Positions 1 to 10,294 of a stretch of DNA of 45,681 bases are shown here, piece after piece. The stretch's first letter is position 1. Every line of letters begins with the position of its first letter. This DNA is from a virus (lineage: Duplodnaviria > Heunggongvirae > Uroviricota > Caudoviricetes), in IMG/VR virus record IMGVR_UViG_2563366991_000003; one strand, given 5' to 3'. The notes under the pieces are model-generated. The model saw nothing but the letters and a program-made list of their open reading frames with translations, made no database searches and was not told where the DNA came from. The translations under genes and the position numbers were made by a program.

Positions 1-1236
1 CTACGATAACCGCGCATTCAACATGGCTACCTGTTCGTCGTTCATGTCATCAATCCACATACCGTAAATTTCATACACCATCTGCGCAGTTTCATGCCCC
101 ATCTGGCTGGCTATAAACGCCGGGTTCGCTCCTGCCGTCAACAGCCAGCAGGCAAAAGTATGCCGCGTATGGTACGGATTACGGCGGCGAATACCAGCAC
201 GTTTTACTGCTGCATTCCATCTCGCACCCAAACTGCTTACCGAGTAATAAGGTTTCTGTTTTCCGTTACACACTCTGGGCATGAAAACAAAATGCAGTTT
301 TTGCTTTTCGGTTCTGCCGTACTCCCGATGATAAAAAGTGATTTCGCTTTTGCGATGATGCCCGGTCAGTTTGTATTGCTCCTTCAGTGCTTCAAGAGCA
401 GGCTGCAGTAGTGTTACTGTCCGGATCCCGGCATTTGTTTTTGGGGGACCGAACATATCAAGTATCGTCAGGTTTCTTCTGACATTCACTATTCCCTTTT
501 CGAGATCCACATCCTCCCACGCCAGAGCTGCCAGTTCCCCGTGACGAAGTCCTGAGTAAACGGCAAATTTCCACAAGTTCTGGCTCTGTCCTTTTTCACT
601 TTCCATTAATGCATTGAATTCTGTTTTAGATAACGGATCAGGCTTTATTCTGTTTCGCTGTAATTTTTTTACTCCTTCAAATGGTTTGGTTGATATAAAT
701 CCCGACTGATACGCAAAACGCAACAGCGAACAGAGCAGGGCGATATAGTTATCAACTGTGCGCACGGTTCTTCCTTTTTTGTTGGATCTTGGATTATCCA
801 GGTAAAGCGTTTCTCCATGCAGCAGTTCATTCCGGTAGATTAAGATATCGCTATAACGAATATGTGATATCGGGGTACTTTCACAAATTATTATTCTGAG
901 TGTTTTTAATTGTGATTTCGTTTTCTTCATTGTGTTTGTTGTTAACTCTGTCTCTTTAATTTTTGTCCAGATATCACAAAGTTCTCCGAACGTTTTTATG
1001 ACTCTCGTTGTCACCATTTTTGCCCCAGTGCTGGACTGGGGAAAACGTCTTAAATACTCAAATTCACCGGAGTTTATTTCATGAACTATCAGCGATCTTA
1101 AATTTCCGGCCTTTTTAATATTACTGTTTGTAATCTCCCAGCCTTTTAATGTTTCCCGACATCGTTTTCCTCGAAACATGAACCAGATGCGAATGTATCT
1201 ACCTCTAATCTCGACACCTGTTGGTAATTTAGACAT
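1..1236 (-). CDS. intR: Phage integrase (tyrosine recombinase), Rac-type
   Basis: 411-aa ORF at the prophage left end with C-terminal tyrosine-recombinase motifs (R..HTRHT..Y region); position next to an excisionase-like gene. Confidence 0.9.
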   Translation of the reverse strand: MSKLPTGVEIRGRYIRIWFMFRGKRCRETLKGWEITNSNIKKAGNLRSLIVHEINSGEFEYLRRFPQSSTGAKMVTTRVIKTFGELCDIWTKIKETELTTNTMKKTKSQLKTLRIIICESTPISHIRYSDILIYRNELLHGETLYLDNPRSNKKGRTVRTVDNYIALLCSLLRFAYQSGFISTKPFEGVKKLQRNRIKPDPLSKTEFNALMESEKGQSQNLWKFAVYSGLRHGELAALAWEDVDLEKGIVNVRRNLTILDMFGPPKTNAGIRTVTLLQPALEALKEQYKLTGHHRKSEITFYHREYGRTEKQKLHFVFMPRVCNGKQKPYYSVSSLGARWNAAVKRAGIRRRNPYHTRHTFACWLLTAGANPAFIASQMGHETAQMVYEIYGMWIDDMNDEQVAMLNARLS

Positions 1237-1237
1237 A

Positions 1238-1477
1238 TCATGAGTCTTTGATAAACTGATTTATCTTTGGATAGTTGTACCAGATAATCCCTCGCTTACT
1301 GTCTGGCTTCCCTAAAGGAGATACTCGTTTGAAGTGGAAGCCTTCCACCCAACAGTTCTGGCGGTATGCTTCAATTTGTCTGGCCCCCAGACCAGTGCGA
1401 AGCATCAGGCCGTATTCAACCATCCACTCTTCATTAAAGATTACTTGTGCCATCGCATCACCTCTGGCAGGCGCCAA
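1238..1477 (-). CDS. Excisionase-like small protein (probable true start near 1453, [10 protein letters not shown]...)
   Basis: Small basic ORF immediately upstream of int on the same strand; recalled similarity to Rac ydaQ/xis. Confidence 0.55.
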   Translation of the reverse strand: MAPARGDAMAQVIFNEEWMVEYGLMLRTGLGARQIEAYRQNCWVEGFHFKRVSPLGKPDSKRGIIWYNYPKINQFIKDS

Positions 1478-1552
1478 TGTTAGACTGAAATTGACGCCCG
1501 ATGTTGATTATTAATAATCAGCTATGAAGTTTTAATTTGAATACAATGCAAT

Positions 1553-1813
1553 TCACGAGGACTGAAGTCTCTCGCAATTAAAATTTATCAGTTTTACTTT
1601 CTGCTCTCTGGAAACGGCTGCTTCTTTTTTACCTGAGAGCATTTTTTCGCATTCTGATTTCGTTAGTTTAGATTTTGAATATCTTGTCCAGTTAGTAGGA
1701 GTGCCACCTTCCTTTTCAATAGTGGCGGTAATTTTATACATGAACACCTCCATTATTATTTCCAGTGGTTCGTTTATTCCATCTTTCGAGTGCTTCTTTT
1801 TCACTTCCACCAT
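1553..1813 (-). CDS. Hypothetical early-region protein (ydaC-like); start probably an internal Met near 1741-1753
   Basis: ORF in the leftward early operon; 5' end overlaps the upstream Lar ORF, so an internal start is likely. Confidence 0.4.
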   Translation of the reverse strand: MVEVKKKHSKDGINEPLEIIMEVFMYKITATIEKEGGTPTNWTRYSKSKLTKSECEKMLSGKKEAAVSREQKVKLINFNCERLQSS

Positions 1814-1967
1814 AACCGGTTCGGGATTCGCATCCGTTACACTTCGCTCGGTAATATCCTGAAATGGCTTTCACCGTTACTGATGGACAACCACAAAATG
1901 GACATGGTTTAACATTGTCATATCTCATAATTTTTCTCATAAAAAATATTTCAAGTTGGCGGTGCAT
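1734..1967 (-). CDS. Lar-family restriction alleviation protein (zinc-ribbon)
   Basis: PCPFCG...C..C Cys-pair motif typical of the Lar/RalR family; sits upstream of recT as in Rac. Confidence 0.6.
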   Translation of the reverse strand: MHRQLEIFFMRKIMRYDNVKPCPFCGCPSVTVKAISGYYRAKCNGCESRTGYGGSEKEALERWNKRTTGNNNGGVHV

Positions 1968-1984
1968 TACACCGCCAGACTGAA

Positions 1985-2794
1985 TTATTCCTCTGAATTA
2001 TCGATTACACTGTATTCCCCGGTTAATACAGAGGAATCTGCAGGATCGATTGTCAGTGGTTCCTTTTCATCCATTGATACTGCACGCTGGATCTCAATTG
2101 ATACGGGCAGATATTTGAACAGGCGACGAATAGCTGTTTTCTTTGCCATTTCTTCCCAGTGAGTTACCCACGGCCCGTTATTACCAGCTTTACTCTGGCT
2201 GCGCACCAGCTCAATCTGTCTGCGCGTCATAACTTCAAACTGAGTACCTCCGTCTTTCAGTCTTGCGACAGCATAGACGTGGGTAACCGGGGCATCTTCG
2301 TTTTCTCCTGGGCGGTGTATTAACTTTTCATCAAGGCCAAATTCGAAATTAAATTCGTCACCTTCACGGACAACACGGGCTGACAGGCTGGCGATTTGAC
2401 CTGAACGGCGAGCCAGATCAATCATGCCGCGATAGCCAATGATTAGCTGAACGTTTTTTTTACCGCTCTTTTCGTTTTTATTACCAAAAGGCAGTAAATA
2501 TGCATGACCGAGGGCGCTACCTGGCTCAAGTCCGAGCTGTGAACACTGTACGATTGCACTGACAAAACTCATAGTGTCACAGTTTCCTAACGCCGGAACT
2601 TTACGAATTTCTGTGGTGGCGATACGGATCATACGTTCAGCCGTCATATGGCGTGGAAGAGCTGCTGCCAGTTGCTCTTTCATTGATGGCTGGTTAATAA
2701 AACTAATCACGTCGTTATTTTTAATTGCTGCTGGTGCACGGTTTTCCTGAGTTTTTTGCAGATCGGCTTTTGCGATTGGTGGTTGCTTAGTCAT
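1985..2794 (-). CDS. recT: RecT single-strand annealing recombinase
   Basis: Protein from [16 protein letters not shown]... matches recalled E. coli RecT nearly throughout; the ORF-track start at 2851 is an upstream extension. Confidence 0.9.
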   Translation of the reverse strand: MTKQPPIAKADLQKTQENRAPAAIKNNDVISFINQPSMKEQLAAALPRHMTAERMIRIATTEIRKVPALGNCDTMSFVSAIVQCSQLGLEPGSALGHAYLLPFGNKNEKSGKKNVQLIIGYRGMIDLARRSGQIASLSARVVREGDEFNFEFGLDEKLIHRPGENEDAPVTHVYAVARLKDGGTQFEVMTRRQIELVRSQSKAGNNGPWVTHWEEMAKKTAIRRLFKYLPVSIEIQRAVSMDEKEPLTIDPADSSVLTGEYSVIDNSEE

Positions 2795-5438
2795 TTGCAT
2801 ATTCCTTAGCCCAGCGGGGCAGTGATAACGTCTTAATAGCTGGCCATTCATCGGTATTGAGGCAGTCAGCCAGGGTTCGCAGATTGCGGTGATATTCCAG
2901 CTGACCTGCTAGTTTTGCTTCTTCGCCCATCATGAAAATTTCAACCGGATAACGTCCGCATTCAATAGTTGTGCTGGCAACCAGAAAAACGAAAGTTGGC
3001 TGCACTCCAAACTGTGCTTCATAACCGTCACTGTAGAATGCATCCTGAACGTGATAGCGGTAGTCGTAATAAGCGGTTTTGAATCGTTGAATATCCGCCG
3101 TAGTTTTCACGTCCATGATCCAGTGAAATTCAGGGATAATTTTGTCCGGACGGCACCGACACAAAATTCCTGTTTCAGGATCTTCCCAGTAAATTGATGA
3201 TTCAGCGTGTCCGGCGCTTTCAACAAGCCATTGCCCCAGCGGCAAAGCCATAACGCTTTGATACATCAGTTCAATTTTCCGGCCTTCTTCCGCAGTGATA
3301 ACCATTTTTCCTGTGCTTGCGCATTCCATCAGAAACGCTTTCTCTTCTTCTTTTCCGGCGTTTGTACGGCGGTTAAATTCAGGTGCTACGATAAAGCGGT
3401 TACTGAATTCTTCCGGTTCAAGTACCCGGCAGTGGAAAGCGGTTCCTAAATCGAGCGTTTTTGTCTTTGTGGTGTCCACGGGGGCATTTTTACGCCACAA
3501 ATACAGTGCCGGAGTATCAGCAATGTCATCGAGCTGAGACTTACTGACACCGGGACCTGCGTGGTAATTCTCATTCGAAATTCCGTAATAAATACCTGGC
3601 TCTATGTCTTCTACGATTACGGGATCTGCGACTTCGCCAGTTTCATCACTGCAATCGCGATGCGGATCGCTGCCAGCATTCTCATTGTGCGGATGTTCAG
3701 CGCCTTCCATTTCCTCCGGATCATTTTCCTTAGCTTCAACCTGATTCTCTTCATCGAATGTTTCCTGGTTTGTTGCGTCGCCCATCACCGCACCACAGTC
3801 AGGGCAGTTATCCCCGCCAGTCTGGCCGCAGGCATTGAAGGCTATTTCCGGTTCCTGTTGCACTACTGGCTCAGGTTGTTTCATATCCGGGCTGGTTTTT
3901 TCCGTTTCTGGCTGGTTCTGGTACACAGAATCGCGAGTCTGGATCCCCTTAACCCATTTCGGATCGTTCGGGTCGCTAATTCCGTCAACAAATTCACCAC
4001 GTGATGCAGCAAGCAATTTATCGGCATCGACAGGATTTTTTGATGGAATGTTTTTCCGAGCTTCATGGAGTTCTGCCCGCAGTTCCTGATATTTCGCATC
4101 AACAGAATTTACCTGTGACTGAGCATCCAGCGGCTGCGTGTCCTGATGATGTTTAGTTGCGTCCGGTTCCATTGTTTCAGCCTCTCCCTGTTCATCTGCC
4201 GTTGTTCCAGATGGTTGCAGTTTTTCTTCATCATCCTGTTTTCCTTCTTCTGTTACTCGCTGCGGCATCGGGGCAGAGGAGCGACCGCAGGCAATATCCA
4301 CGATTTCCGGATCAGGGTTGGCATGATCGGTTTCAGTCAGTACTTTGTTCAGATATGCAGTGACGTGAGCGGGGATGACCTCGATCCCAATTGGTGCTTC
4401 TTTCACGGACGCAACCACGATGGCGCGGGAATAATCCAGCCCGCCAGGCATGGTGATGAATTTGTCGCGGAAAACAGAAAAGGGCGGTTTATTTTCAGCG
4501 ATAATTTCCTCAATGCGTTTAGCGTGTGCCGGATGAAGGTTATAGATGTCCACGTCCATTGAACGGGCCAGTACGCCAGTGGCTATATCGCGCGCCAGTG
4601 ACGTCAGATCGTGGACGAAACCTTCGCCGCGATCTGTGAGGTTCCCGCCGCCAGCATTAGCACCGGAAGCCGTGCGAGTGATGCGTGAAACACGATTCCC
4701 TTTTCGCCATTCTTTTGTCAGAAGACCGCGATCAATGTGTTCGGTATCCAGCCAGGCTGAAATGAAATTCTTAAATTCATAGGGCTGATGTTTTTTAGTG
4801 ATAGAGAAAACTGCCTTAATTGCATCAGTCAGGCGGAGCAGGGCGGCATTATCCAGAGTTGTCGGTTCTGCCATGCCGCGTATGGCCAACAGCAGATTCT
4901 GGACATAGCTGTTTTCCTGATCCATCTCAAGAGCAGTAATGTGTTCGCGTTGTTCTCGGGTGGCATGATGCAGGTATTTCCGATCCCCGGCCGCATACGT
5001 AAAAATGTGCAGAAGACGCTGTGTGAACCGCAAAGTGGCTACAGAGACTTCGCAATCCTGGCAATCCTCGTGGGCGTCTGCCTGCGCGTTTTCTTCCTGG
5101 CCTCCCGCCAGTTCGTTGGTTTCTTGAGCATTATCCTGGTGGTGAACGTCGTCTGGCGCTGCTCCCGGTTTTAGTTCCCATGTCATGGAGTCTTTGCTGA
5201 GTTGATAGCGTTCACTCCAGGTAAAATCGATCTCACCTTCAGGGGGAAGGTCATTAACGACAGGAAAATTTGTGGCAACAGCTTTAAAATAGTTGCTCAG
5301 TTTTTTACCTGACTTAACGATCAGGTAGTCCAGAGTGGCACAGGTCGATTCAAAATCGTCGCTTGCCCACAGGACGACGTCAGGTTCACCGGATGATTTT
5401 TTCGCTTTCCGTAACAGGAAGAGTGGTTTTGTGCTCAT
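2787..5438 (-). CDS. recE: RecE exonuclease VIII
   Basis: 883-aa ORF whose 3' end overlaps the recT start (classic recE-recT coupling); acidic central region and C-terminal nuclease domain as in Rac RecE. Confidence 0.88.
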   Translation of the reverse strand: MSTKPLFLLRKAKKSSGEPDVVLWASDDFESTCATLDYLIVKSGKKLSNYFKAVATNFPVVNDLPPEGEIDFTWSERYQLSKDSMTWELKPGAAPDDVHHQDNAQETNELAGGQEENAQADAHEDCQDCEVSVATLRFTQRLLHIFTYAAGDRKYLHHATREQREHITALEMDQENSYVQNLLLAIRGMAEPTTLDNAALLRLTDAIKAVFSITKKHQPYEFKNFISAWLDTEHIDRGLLTKEWRKGNRVSRITRTASGANAGGGNLTDRGEGFVHDLTSLARDIATGVLARSMDVDIYNLHPAHAKRIEEIIAENKPPFSVFRDKFITMPGGLDYSRAIVVASVKEAPIGIEVIPAHVTAYLNKVLTETDHANPDPEIVDIACGRSSAPMPQRVTEEGKQDDEEKLQPSGTTADEQGEAETMEPDATKHHQDTQPLDAQSQVNSVDAKYQELRAELHEARKNIPSKNPVDADKLLAASRGEFVDGISDPNDPKWVKGIQTRDSVYQNQPETEKTSPDMKQPEPVVQQEPEIAFNACGQTGGDNCPDCGAVMGDATNQETFDEENQVEAKENDPEEMEGAEHPHNENAGSDPHRDCSDETGEVADPVIVEDIEPGIYYGISNENYHAGPGVSKSQLDDIADTPALYLWRKNAPVDTTKTKTLDLGTAFHCRVLEPEEFSNRFIVAPEFNRRTNAGKEEEKAFLMECASTGKMVITAEEGRKIELMYQSVMALPLGQWLVESAGHAESSIYWEDPETGILCRCRPDKIIPEFHWIMDVKTTADIQRFKTAYYDYRYHVQDAFYSDGYEAQFGVQPTFVFLVASTTIECGRYPVEIFMMGEEAKLAGQLEYHRNLRTLADCLNTDEWPAIKTLSLPRWAKEYAND

Positions 5439-5539
5439 TGTTTTTTAACCTCAACTCAGATTAAAATTCGTTTTGTTCAGTGAATGATCTTGCCGGATAC
5501 ACACTGTTCATAGCCTGCGCCATACGCAGGCTATTTCTT

Positions 5540-5815
5540 TCAGATTTCACCTTTTAATTTCATTGCAATTAGAGTTGCCAGAAATTCGGCTTTTTTTTCT
5601 GCGGGCAGATTCTTTCCGGTATGCACCAGGCACATTTTTTTGACACCTTCGTGAAGTGTTTTAACGTTGCCTGATGGACCGTCGATATCAACCACAGTGA
5701 ATGGGGTTTCTTTATTTTCTGTTTTAATCACGTAGCCAATACGCTTTCCTTCCAGATTAACCTCGTGAACAATGTCATCAGTAGTTACAACAGTGGCTTC
5801 ATAACTGGTAATCAT
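5540..5815 (-). CDS. racC: RacC-like small protein
   Basis: Sequence from MITSYEATVVTTDDIVHEVNLEGKRIGYVIKTENK... matches recalled RacC; start taken at the internal Met of the longer ORF. Confidence 0.6.
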   Translation of the reverse strand: MITSYEATVVTTDDIVHEVNLEGKRIGYVIKTENKETPFTVVDIDGPSGNVKTLHEGVKKMCLVHTGKNLPAEKKAEFLATLIAMKLKGEI

Positions 5816-5889
5816 GTTTTTCTCCTTAATTAAGGTTGAGCGAATCCCTGCCATTGCTGGCATAAATTCAGTTTCGCATAGTCAGTTAA

Positions 5890-6060
5890 TTAAAGTTCGT
5901 GTGCCATCTGGTCTTTTTCGGCACAACTTTCACTACAATATTTTTTCATTTCCGTCGTTTGGATAACTCCACGCATGAAATGAAGTGGTCTTTTGATACT
6001 TTTGCTTTCTTCAATTTCTTTATTGCAAAGGTGGTAAGCACATTTTATTTTCTTAGTCAT
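5890..6060 (-). CDS. ydaE: YdaE-like small Cys-rich (zinc-binding) protein, 56 aa
   Basis: Hand translation gives [56 protein letters not shown]; below the ORF-track size cut-off; its start overlaps the kilR stop by 1 nt. Confidence 0.55.
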   Translation of the reverse strand: MTKKIKCAYHLCNKEIEESKSIKRPLHFMRGVIQTTEMKKYCSESCAEKDQMAHEL

Positions 6061-6293
6061 CACCATGACTCCGCCTTTACAGGTAAACCATTACGACCGA
6101 GGAAGACTTTAATCATGCAGTCAGTAATGCATGTTTTTGTGGTCAGGTTACGAATATAAAGTTTTCGCTTTTTAATATTGTTTGCCGAGGCAATATATGT
6201 CCGGCCTTCATGAAGAACATAGTCACCAGGAGTCACACACTGACGTGGTATTTCATCAGTTCCGAAGTGATGTGCAATCATAATTATCTCCAT
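6060..6293 (-). CDS. kilR: KilR cell-division inhibitor (FtsZ-targeting killing protein)
   Basis: Region [46 protein letters not shown] matches recalled Rac KilR. Confidence 0.75.
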   Translation of the reverse strand: MEIIMIAHHFGTDEIPRQCVTPGDYVLHEGRTYIASANNIKKRKLYIRNLTTKTCITDCMIKVFLGRNGLPVKAESW

Positions 6294-6701
6294 TTTTACA
6301 AATGAACTTTGTTGATGCGGTGCCTGGTGCCTCCAGGTGACTGCAACCAGTTAACAATTACAGTCGGCTTTCCCACCCAAACCAATAAGGACTAACATGA
6401 CTTTTAACTGTGCCGCGTGCGCTTAGCCGCATTCACCGCATCACAAAATTCACTTTAAAAAGGGCGGGCATCAGTCGAACTTCAAGAAAAAACTGATGCC
6501 GCCAAGACTACACATAGCAGTGTTGTTATCCACAACCGGAGGCGCACTCCCACCATTTAAATTTAACAGACAAGACCGACTCTTTATGGATATCGGAAAT
6601 GCGCCTTCGTGTTGTGCCCGGTTTTATTTCACCACCTCCGGGCTTTGGTGGTTTCTGCTATACCCCTACAGCGAGAATATTGAATTAATCCAAATAATGG
6701 A

Positions 6702-6854
6702 TTAGCAAGTATTTCTGGCAAGCCAGCGACGTGCGCCTGTTTCTGTTTTAAATGTTTTGCTTTTGGTATACGTCATAGCAGTGAACGTTCCATCTTGGTT
6801 AGGGAACACGCCGCACACCATGGATTCGTTATTGCCGAGGTCGATTTTTTGCAT
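6702..6854 (-). CDS. Small hypothetical protein (ydaG-like), 50 aa
   Basis: Hand-translated MQKIDLGNNESMVCGVFPNQDGTFTAMTYTKSKTFKTETGARRWLARNTC; same strand as the leftward early operon. Confidence 0.4.
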   Translation of the reverse strand: MQKIDLGNNESMVCGVFPNQDGTFTAMTYTKSKTFKTETGARRWLARNTC

Positions 6855-6864
6855 TTTTCGCACC

Positions 6865-6999
6865 TCACATCTTGTTGTTGCGGATAGAGGCTTCTGCTTG
6901 CCAGAGATCCCAGTCGTTGCTACGTAAAGCCTGCACAGCCTGGCTGTAAGTGATACCGCAACAATCCATCAAATACTGAACTACTTCGTAATGCACCAT
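6865..6999 (-). CDS. Small hypothetical protein (ydaF-like), 44 aa
   Basis: Hand-translated MVHYEVVQYLMDCCGITYSQAVQALRSNDWDLWQAEASIRNNKM; stop verified at 6865-6867. Confidence 0.4.
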   Translation of the reverse strand: MVHYEVVQYLMDCCGITYSQAVQALRSNDWDLWQAEASIRNNKM

Positions 7000-7169
7000 C
7001 TTATCTCTCCCCTTAACGCCGGGTGGCGGAACTAACTGCTGCACTGCAAAATTTGAATCCCGCCGTCATGTTCATACGCCTCGGGCTGGCTACTTAACCC
7101 CTGACCACTGCCTGGTAACTCGAAGTATTGCCTGGCGTTCTGTGGGGCGGGGTGGGTGGTATGCTGGAA

Positions 7170-7235
7170 CTATAGGTAATGCCTAATTGATTGTCAATAG
7201 GCTATGCCTAATGTTTTAAGCGTAACCTAATAGGT
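7170..7235. promoter_or_regulatory. Cluster of TTAGGC / GCCTAA inverted half-sites (OL-like operator region for the leftward early operon)
   Basis: aatgcctaattgattgtcaataggctatgcctaatg...cgtaacctaatagg shares half-sites with the palindromes in the racR-ydaS intergenic region. Confidence 0.35.
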
Positions 7236-7307
7236 GATGGCGACTGGAGAAAGTGATGGGGGGGTTAAATAACGGAATCCAGGAGTTTTCCGTCAGACCA
7301 TATAAGT

Positions 7308-7784
7308 TTAAGTTCCAGTTTTTGTGATGTTCTGGCTTTTCCGTTCAGATTCTAGAGCTTTCAGATACTTACCCACTTTCATTTCCATCGCTGCTATGTA
7401 GGCGCGAACATCGTGGTCAACCCAATCTGGTTCTGTAGCATTTCCAGATAACAGGAAAGCTACAATCGCTCTTATTTCATCAGAGGCTGCTTGATAAAGG
7501 TTGTTTATATCTAAAAGTTCACTTTTTGTATCTGGATTGGTGGGGGTTGGTATGGGGTATTCGTTAAGCCCCCAATGCTCTGGACCAACAACATCAGCAA
7601 AGAAACGCCATAATTCTGGAAGTTTATCTTTACTTATGGAGCCTTTCTTAATCCAGTCATAGATTGATGGTGGTTGGACTTTGAAGTGGCGTGCGACCTC
7701 CGCCTTTGATTTGACGGATCCCGATGCGATTTTTTTGTTAATGGCCTGCTCTATCGCTCGGCCTAAGTCTTTACCACTAAGCAT
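7308..7784 (-). CDS. racR: Prophage repressor RacR (HTH)
   Basis: 158-aa ORF transcribed divergently from ydaS; sequence matches recalled RacR. Confidence 0.85.
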   Translation of the reverse strand: MLSGKDLGRAIEQAINKKIASGSVKSKAEVARHFKVQPPSIYDWIKKGSISKDKLPELWRFFADVVGPEHWGLNEYPIPTPTNPDTKSELLDINNLYQAASDEIRAIVAFLLSGNATEPDWVDHDVRAYIAAMEMKVGKYLKALESERKSQNITKTGT

Positions 7785-7907
7785 TGCTTAATATTCTCCT
7801 ATGCTCATTGCATTAGGCAATCCCTACTCTCATTGTATTAGGCATAGCCTATTGACATTTGTATTAGGCGTCGCCTAATATCTCTGTGTGTTTTTGGAGT
7901 TCATTCG
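7785..7907. promoter_or_regulatory. Divergent racR/ydaS promoter-operator region
   Basis: Perfect 19-bp palindrome TATTAGGCGTCGCCTAATA (7862-7880) and imperfect copy TATTAGGCATAGCCTATT (7836-7853); TTGACA at 7852-7857 with TAATAT at 7876-7881 (18-bp spacer) overlaps the palindrome; RBS GGAG before the ydaS ATG. Confidence 0.5.
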
Positions 7908-8204
7908 ATGAAAAAAGAGAACTATTCATTCAAGCAAGCTTGTGCTGTTGTCGGTGGGCAAACAGCAATGGCTAGGCTTTTAGGTGTATCACCTCCAAGC
8001 GTAAATCAATGGATCAAAGGGGTACGTCAATTGCCTGCCGAGAGATGTCCAGCAATTGAACGTGCAACAAGAGGTGAGGTGCTGTGCGAAGAACTTCGTC
8101 CTGATATTGACTGGTCATATTTACGACGTTCGGCATGTTGTTCGCAGAATATGTCAGTGAAGCAACTAAATGACAGTAACAAATCCTCATTTGATCATAC
8201 CTGA
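7908..8204 (+). CDS. ydaS: Cro-like HTH regulator YdaS
   Basis: 98-aa ORF with an HTH region (MARLLGVSPPSVNQW); divergent from racR. Confidence 0.8.
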   Translation: MKKENYSFKQACAVVGGQTAMARLLGVSPPSVNQWIKGVRQLPAERCPAIERATRGEVLCEELRPDIDWSYLRRSACCSQNMSVKQLNDSNKSSFDHT

Positions 8205-8226
8205 AACATCAAGAGGCAAATGATTC

Positions 8227-8649
8227 ATGAAAATCAAGCATGAGCACATCGAATCGGTGTTGTTTGCCCTGGCAGCCGAAAAAGGGCAGGCATGGGTAGC
8301 CAATGCAATTACTGAAGAATATCTGCGCCAGGGGGGCGGCGAATTGCCCCTGGTTCCAGGCAAGGACTGGAACAATCAGCAGAATATCTATCACCGTTGG
8401 TTGAAAGGTGAAACGAATGCGCAAAGGGAAAAAATTCAGAAGCTGATCCCAGCAATTCTGGCAATCCTTCCGCGCGAGCTGCGTCACCGACTCTGCATCT
8501 TCGATACCCTGGAACGCCGTGCATTACTGGCGGCGCAGGAAGCGTTAAGTACGGCAATTGATGCGCATGATGATGCAGTCCAAGCCGTTTACCGGAAAGC
8601 GCATTTCAGCGGCGGCGGGTCTTCCGACGATTCTGTCATTGTTCATTAA
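8227..8649 (+). CDS. ydaT: YdaT (CII-like / toxin-like partner of YdaS)
   Basis: 140-aa ORF directly downstream of ydaS; recalled Rac YdaT. Confidence 0.75.
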   Translation: MKIKHEHIESVLFALAAEKGQAWVANAITEEYLRQGGGELPLVPGKDWNNQQNIYHRWLKGETNAQREKIQKLIPAILAILPRELRHRLCIFDTLERRALLAAQEALSTAIDAHDDAVQAVYRKAHFSGGGSSDDSVIVH

Positions 8650-8661
8650 GCAAAAGTTTTC

Positions 8662-9519
8662 ATGCTGTTTGTGCTTATTCTAAGCCACCGGGCAGCATCA
8701 TACGGGGCAATTATGGCCGCATTACCATACATGCAACTGTACATAGCTGATTACCTGGCTGACACCATGCATTTGTCAGCAGAGGAGCATGGTGCGTATT
8801 TGTTGCTGATGTTCAATTACTGGCAAACAGGAAAGCCAATACCTAAAAACAGGCTGGCAAAAATTGCCCGTCTGACTAACGAGCGATGGGCTGATGTTGA
8901 ACCATCCTTGCAGGAGTTTTTTTGCGATAACGGCGAGGAATGGGTGCATCTTCGGATTGCGGAAGATCTGGCATCAGTCAGGGAAAAATTAACCAAAAAA
9001 TCAGCCGCAGGAAAAGCATCTGTTCAGGCCAGAAGAAGCAGAAAGGAAGCAGATGTTCAAACAAAACAAGAGAGAAATTTAACAGGTGTTCAAACAGATG
9101 TTGAAGTGGTGTTTGAACATGATGTCAACACAAAGGCAACTAATAAAGATACAGATAAAGATCTAAAAACAGATCCCCCCCTAAATCCCCCCCGGGGGAA
9201 TCGAGGTGTCAAAAAGTTTGACCCTCTGGATATTGCTTTGCCGAACTGGATTTCTGTCTCGCTTTGGCGTGAGTGGGTTGAATTTCGCCAGGCATTGCGA
9301 AAACCGATTCGAACGGAGCAGGGCGCTAACGGGGCGATACGGGAGCTGGAAAAATTCCGCCAGCAGGGTTTTTCACCTGAGCAGGTGATTAGACACAGCA
9401 TCGCCAATGAATACCAGGGCTTGTTCGCGCCGAAAGGTGTTCGACCTGAGACGTTACTCCGACAGGTTAACACCGTCTCGTTACCGGATAGTGCGATCCC
9501 GCCAGGCTTCAGGGGGTAA
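8662..9519 (+). CDS. ydaU: Replication initiation protein YdaU (O-like, DUF1376); alternative start near 8713
   Basis: Position upstream of the DnaC-like gene; sequence MAALPYMQLYIADYLADTMHLSAEEHGAYLLLMFNYW recalled from YdaU. Confidence 0.7.
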   Translation: MLFVLILSHRAASYGAIMAALPYMQLYIADYLADTMHLSAEEHGAYLLLMFNYWQTGKPIPKNRLAKIARLTNERWADVEPSLQEFFCDNGEEWVHLRIAEDLASVREKLTKKSAAGKASVQARRSRKEADVQTKQERNLTGVQTDVEVVFEHDVNTKATNKDTDKDLKTDPPLNPPRGNRGVKKFDPLDIALPNWISVSLWREWVEFRQALRKPIRTEQGANGAIRELEKFRQQGFSPEQVIRHSIANEYQGLFAPKGVRPETLLRQVNTVSLPDSAIPPGFRG

Positions 9520-9525
9520 CTGTCC

Positions 9526-10272
9526 ATGAAAAATATTGCGACAGGCGACGTTCTTGAACGTATCCGCAGACTGGCCCCGTCACATGTAACCGCGCCATTC
9601 AAGACGGTAGCGGAGTGGCGCGAGTGGCAACTTTCCGAAGGCCAGAAACGTTGTGAGGAGATCAACCGTCAGAATCGTCAGTTGCGGGTGGAAAAAATTC
9701 TGAATCGCTCTGGCATCCAGCCATTGCACCGCAAATGCTCGTTTTCGAATTACCAGGTGCAGAACGAAGCGCAGCGATACGCGTTGAGTCAGGCGAAATC
9801 CATCGCTGATGAACTGATGACCGGGTGTACAAATTTTGCGTTCAGCGGAAAACCTGGTACCGGGAAGAACCACTTAGCGGCAGCTATCGGGAATCGCCTG
9901 CTGAAAGACGGTCAGACAGTGATTGTGGTTACCGTGGCTGATGTTATGAGTGCCCTGCACGCCAGCTATGACGATGGGCAGTCAGGCGAAAAATTTTTGC
10001 GGGAACTGTGCGAAGTGGATCTGCTGGTTCTTGATGAAATTGGCATTCAGCGCGAGACAAAAAACGAGCAGGTGGTGCTGCACCAGATTGTTGATCGCCG
10101 GACAGCGTCGATGCGCAGCGTGGGGATGCTGACAAACCTGAACTATGAGGCCATGAAAACATTGCTCGGCGAGCGGATTATGGATCGCATGACCATGAAC
10201 GGCGGACGCTGGGTGAATTTTAACTGGGAGAGCTGGCGTCCGAATGTCGTCCAGCCAGGAATTGCGAAGTGA
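9526..10272 (+). CDS. ydaV: DnaC-like replication/helicase-loader ATPase
   Basis: Walker [16 protein letters not shown] and Walker B LLVLDEIG; IstB/DnaC-like. Confidence 0.85.
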   Translation: MKNIATGDVLERIRRLAPSHVTAPFKTVAEWREWQLSEGQKRCEEINRQNRQLRVEKILNRSGIQPLHRKCSFSNYQVQNEAQRYALSQAKSIADELMTGCTNFAFSGKPGTGKNHLAAAIGNRLLKDGQTVIVVTVADVMSALHASYDDGQSGEKFLRELCEVDLLVLDEIGIQRETKNEQVVLHQIVDRRTASMRSVGMLTNLNYEAMKTLLGERIMDRMTMNGGRWVNFNWESWRPNVVQPGIAK

Positions 10273-10294
10273 TTTTTACCGGGAGGAAATTTTA

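Noticed and set aside
3207-5174. Several 70-150-aa ORFs on the + strand within 3207-5174
   Set aside because: All antisense to recE, with hydrophobic or low-complexity translations and no RBS.
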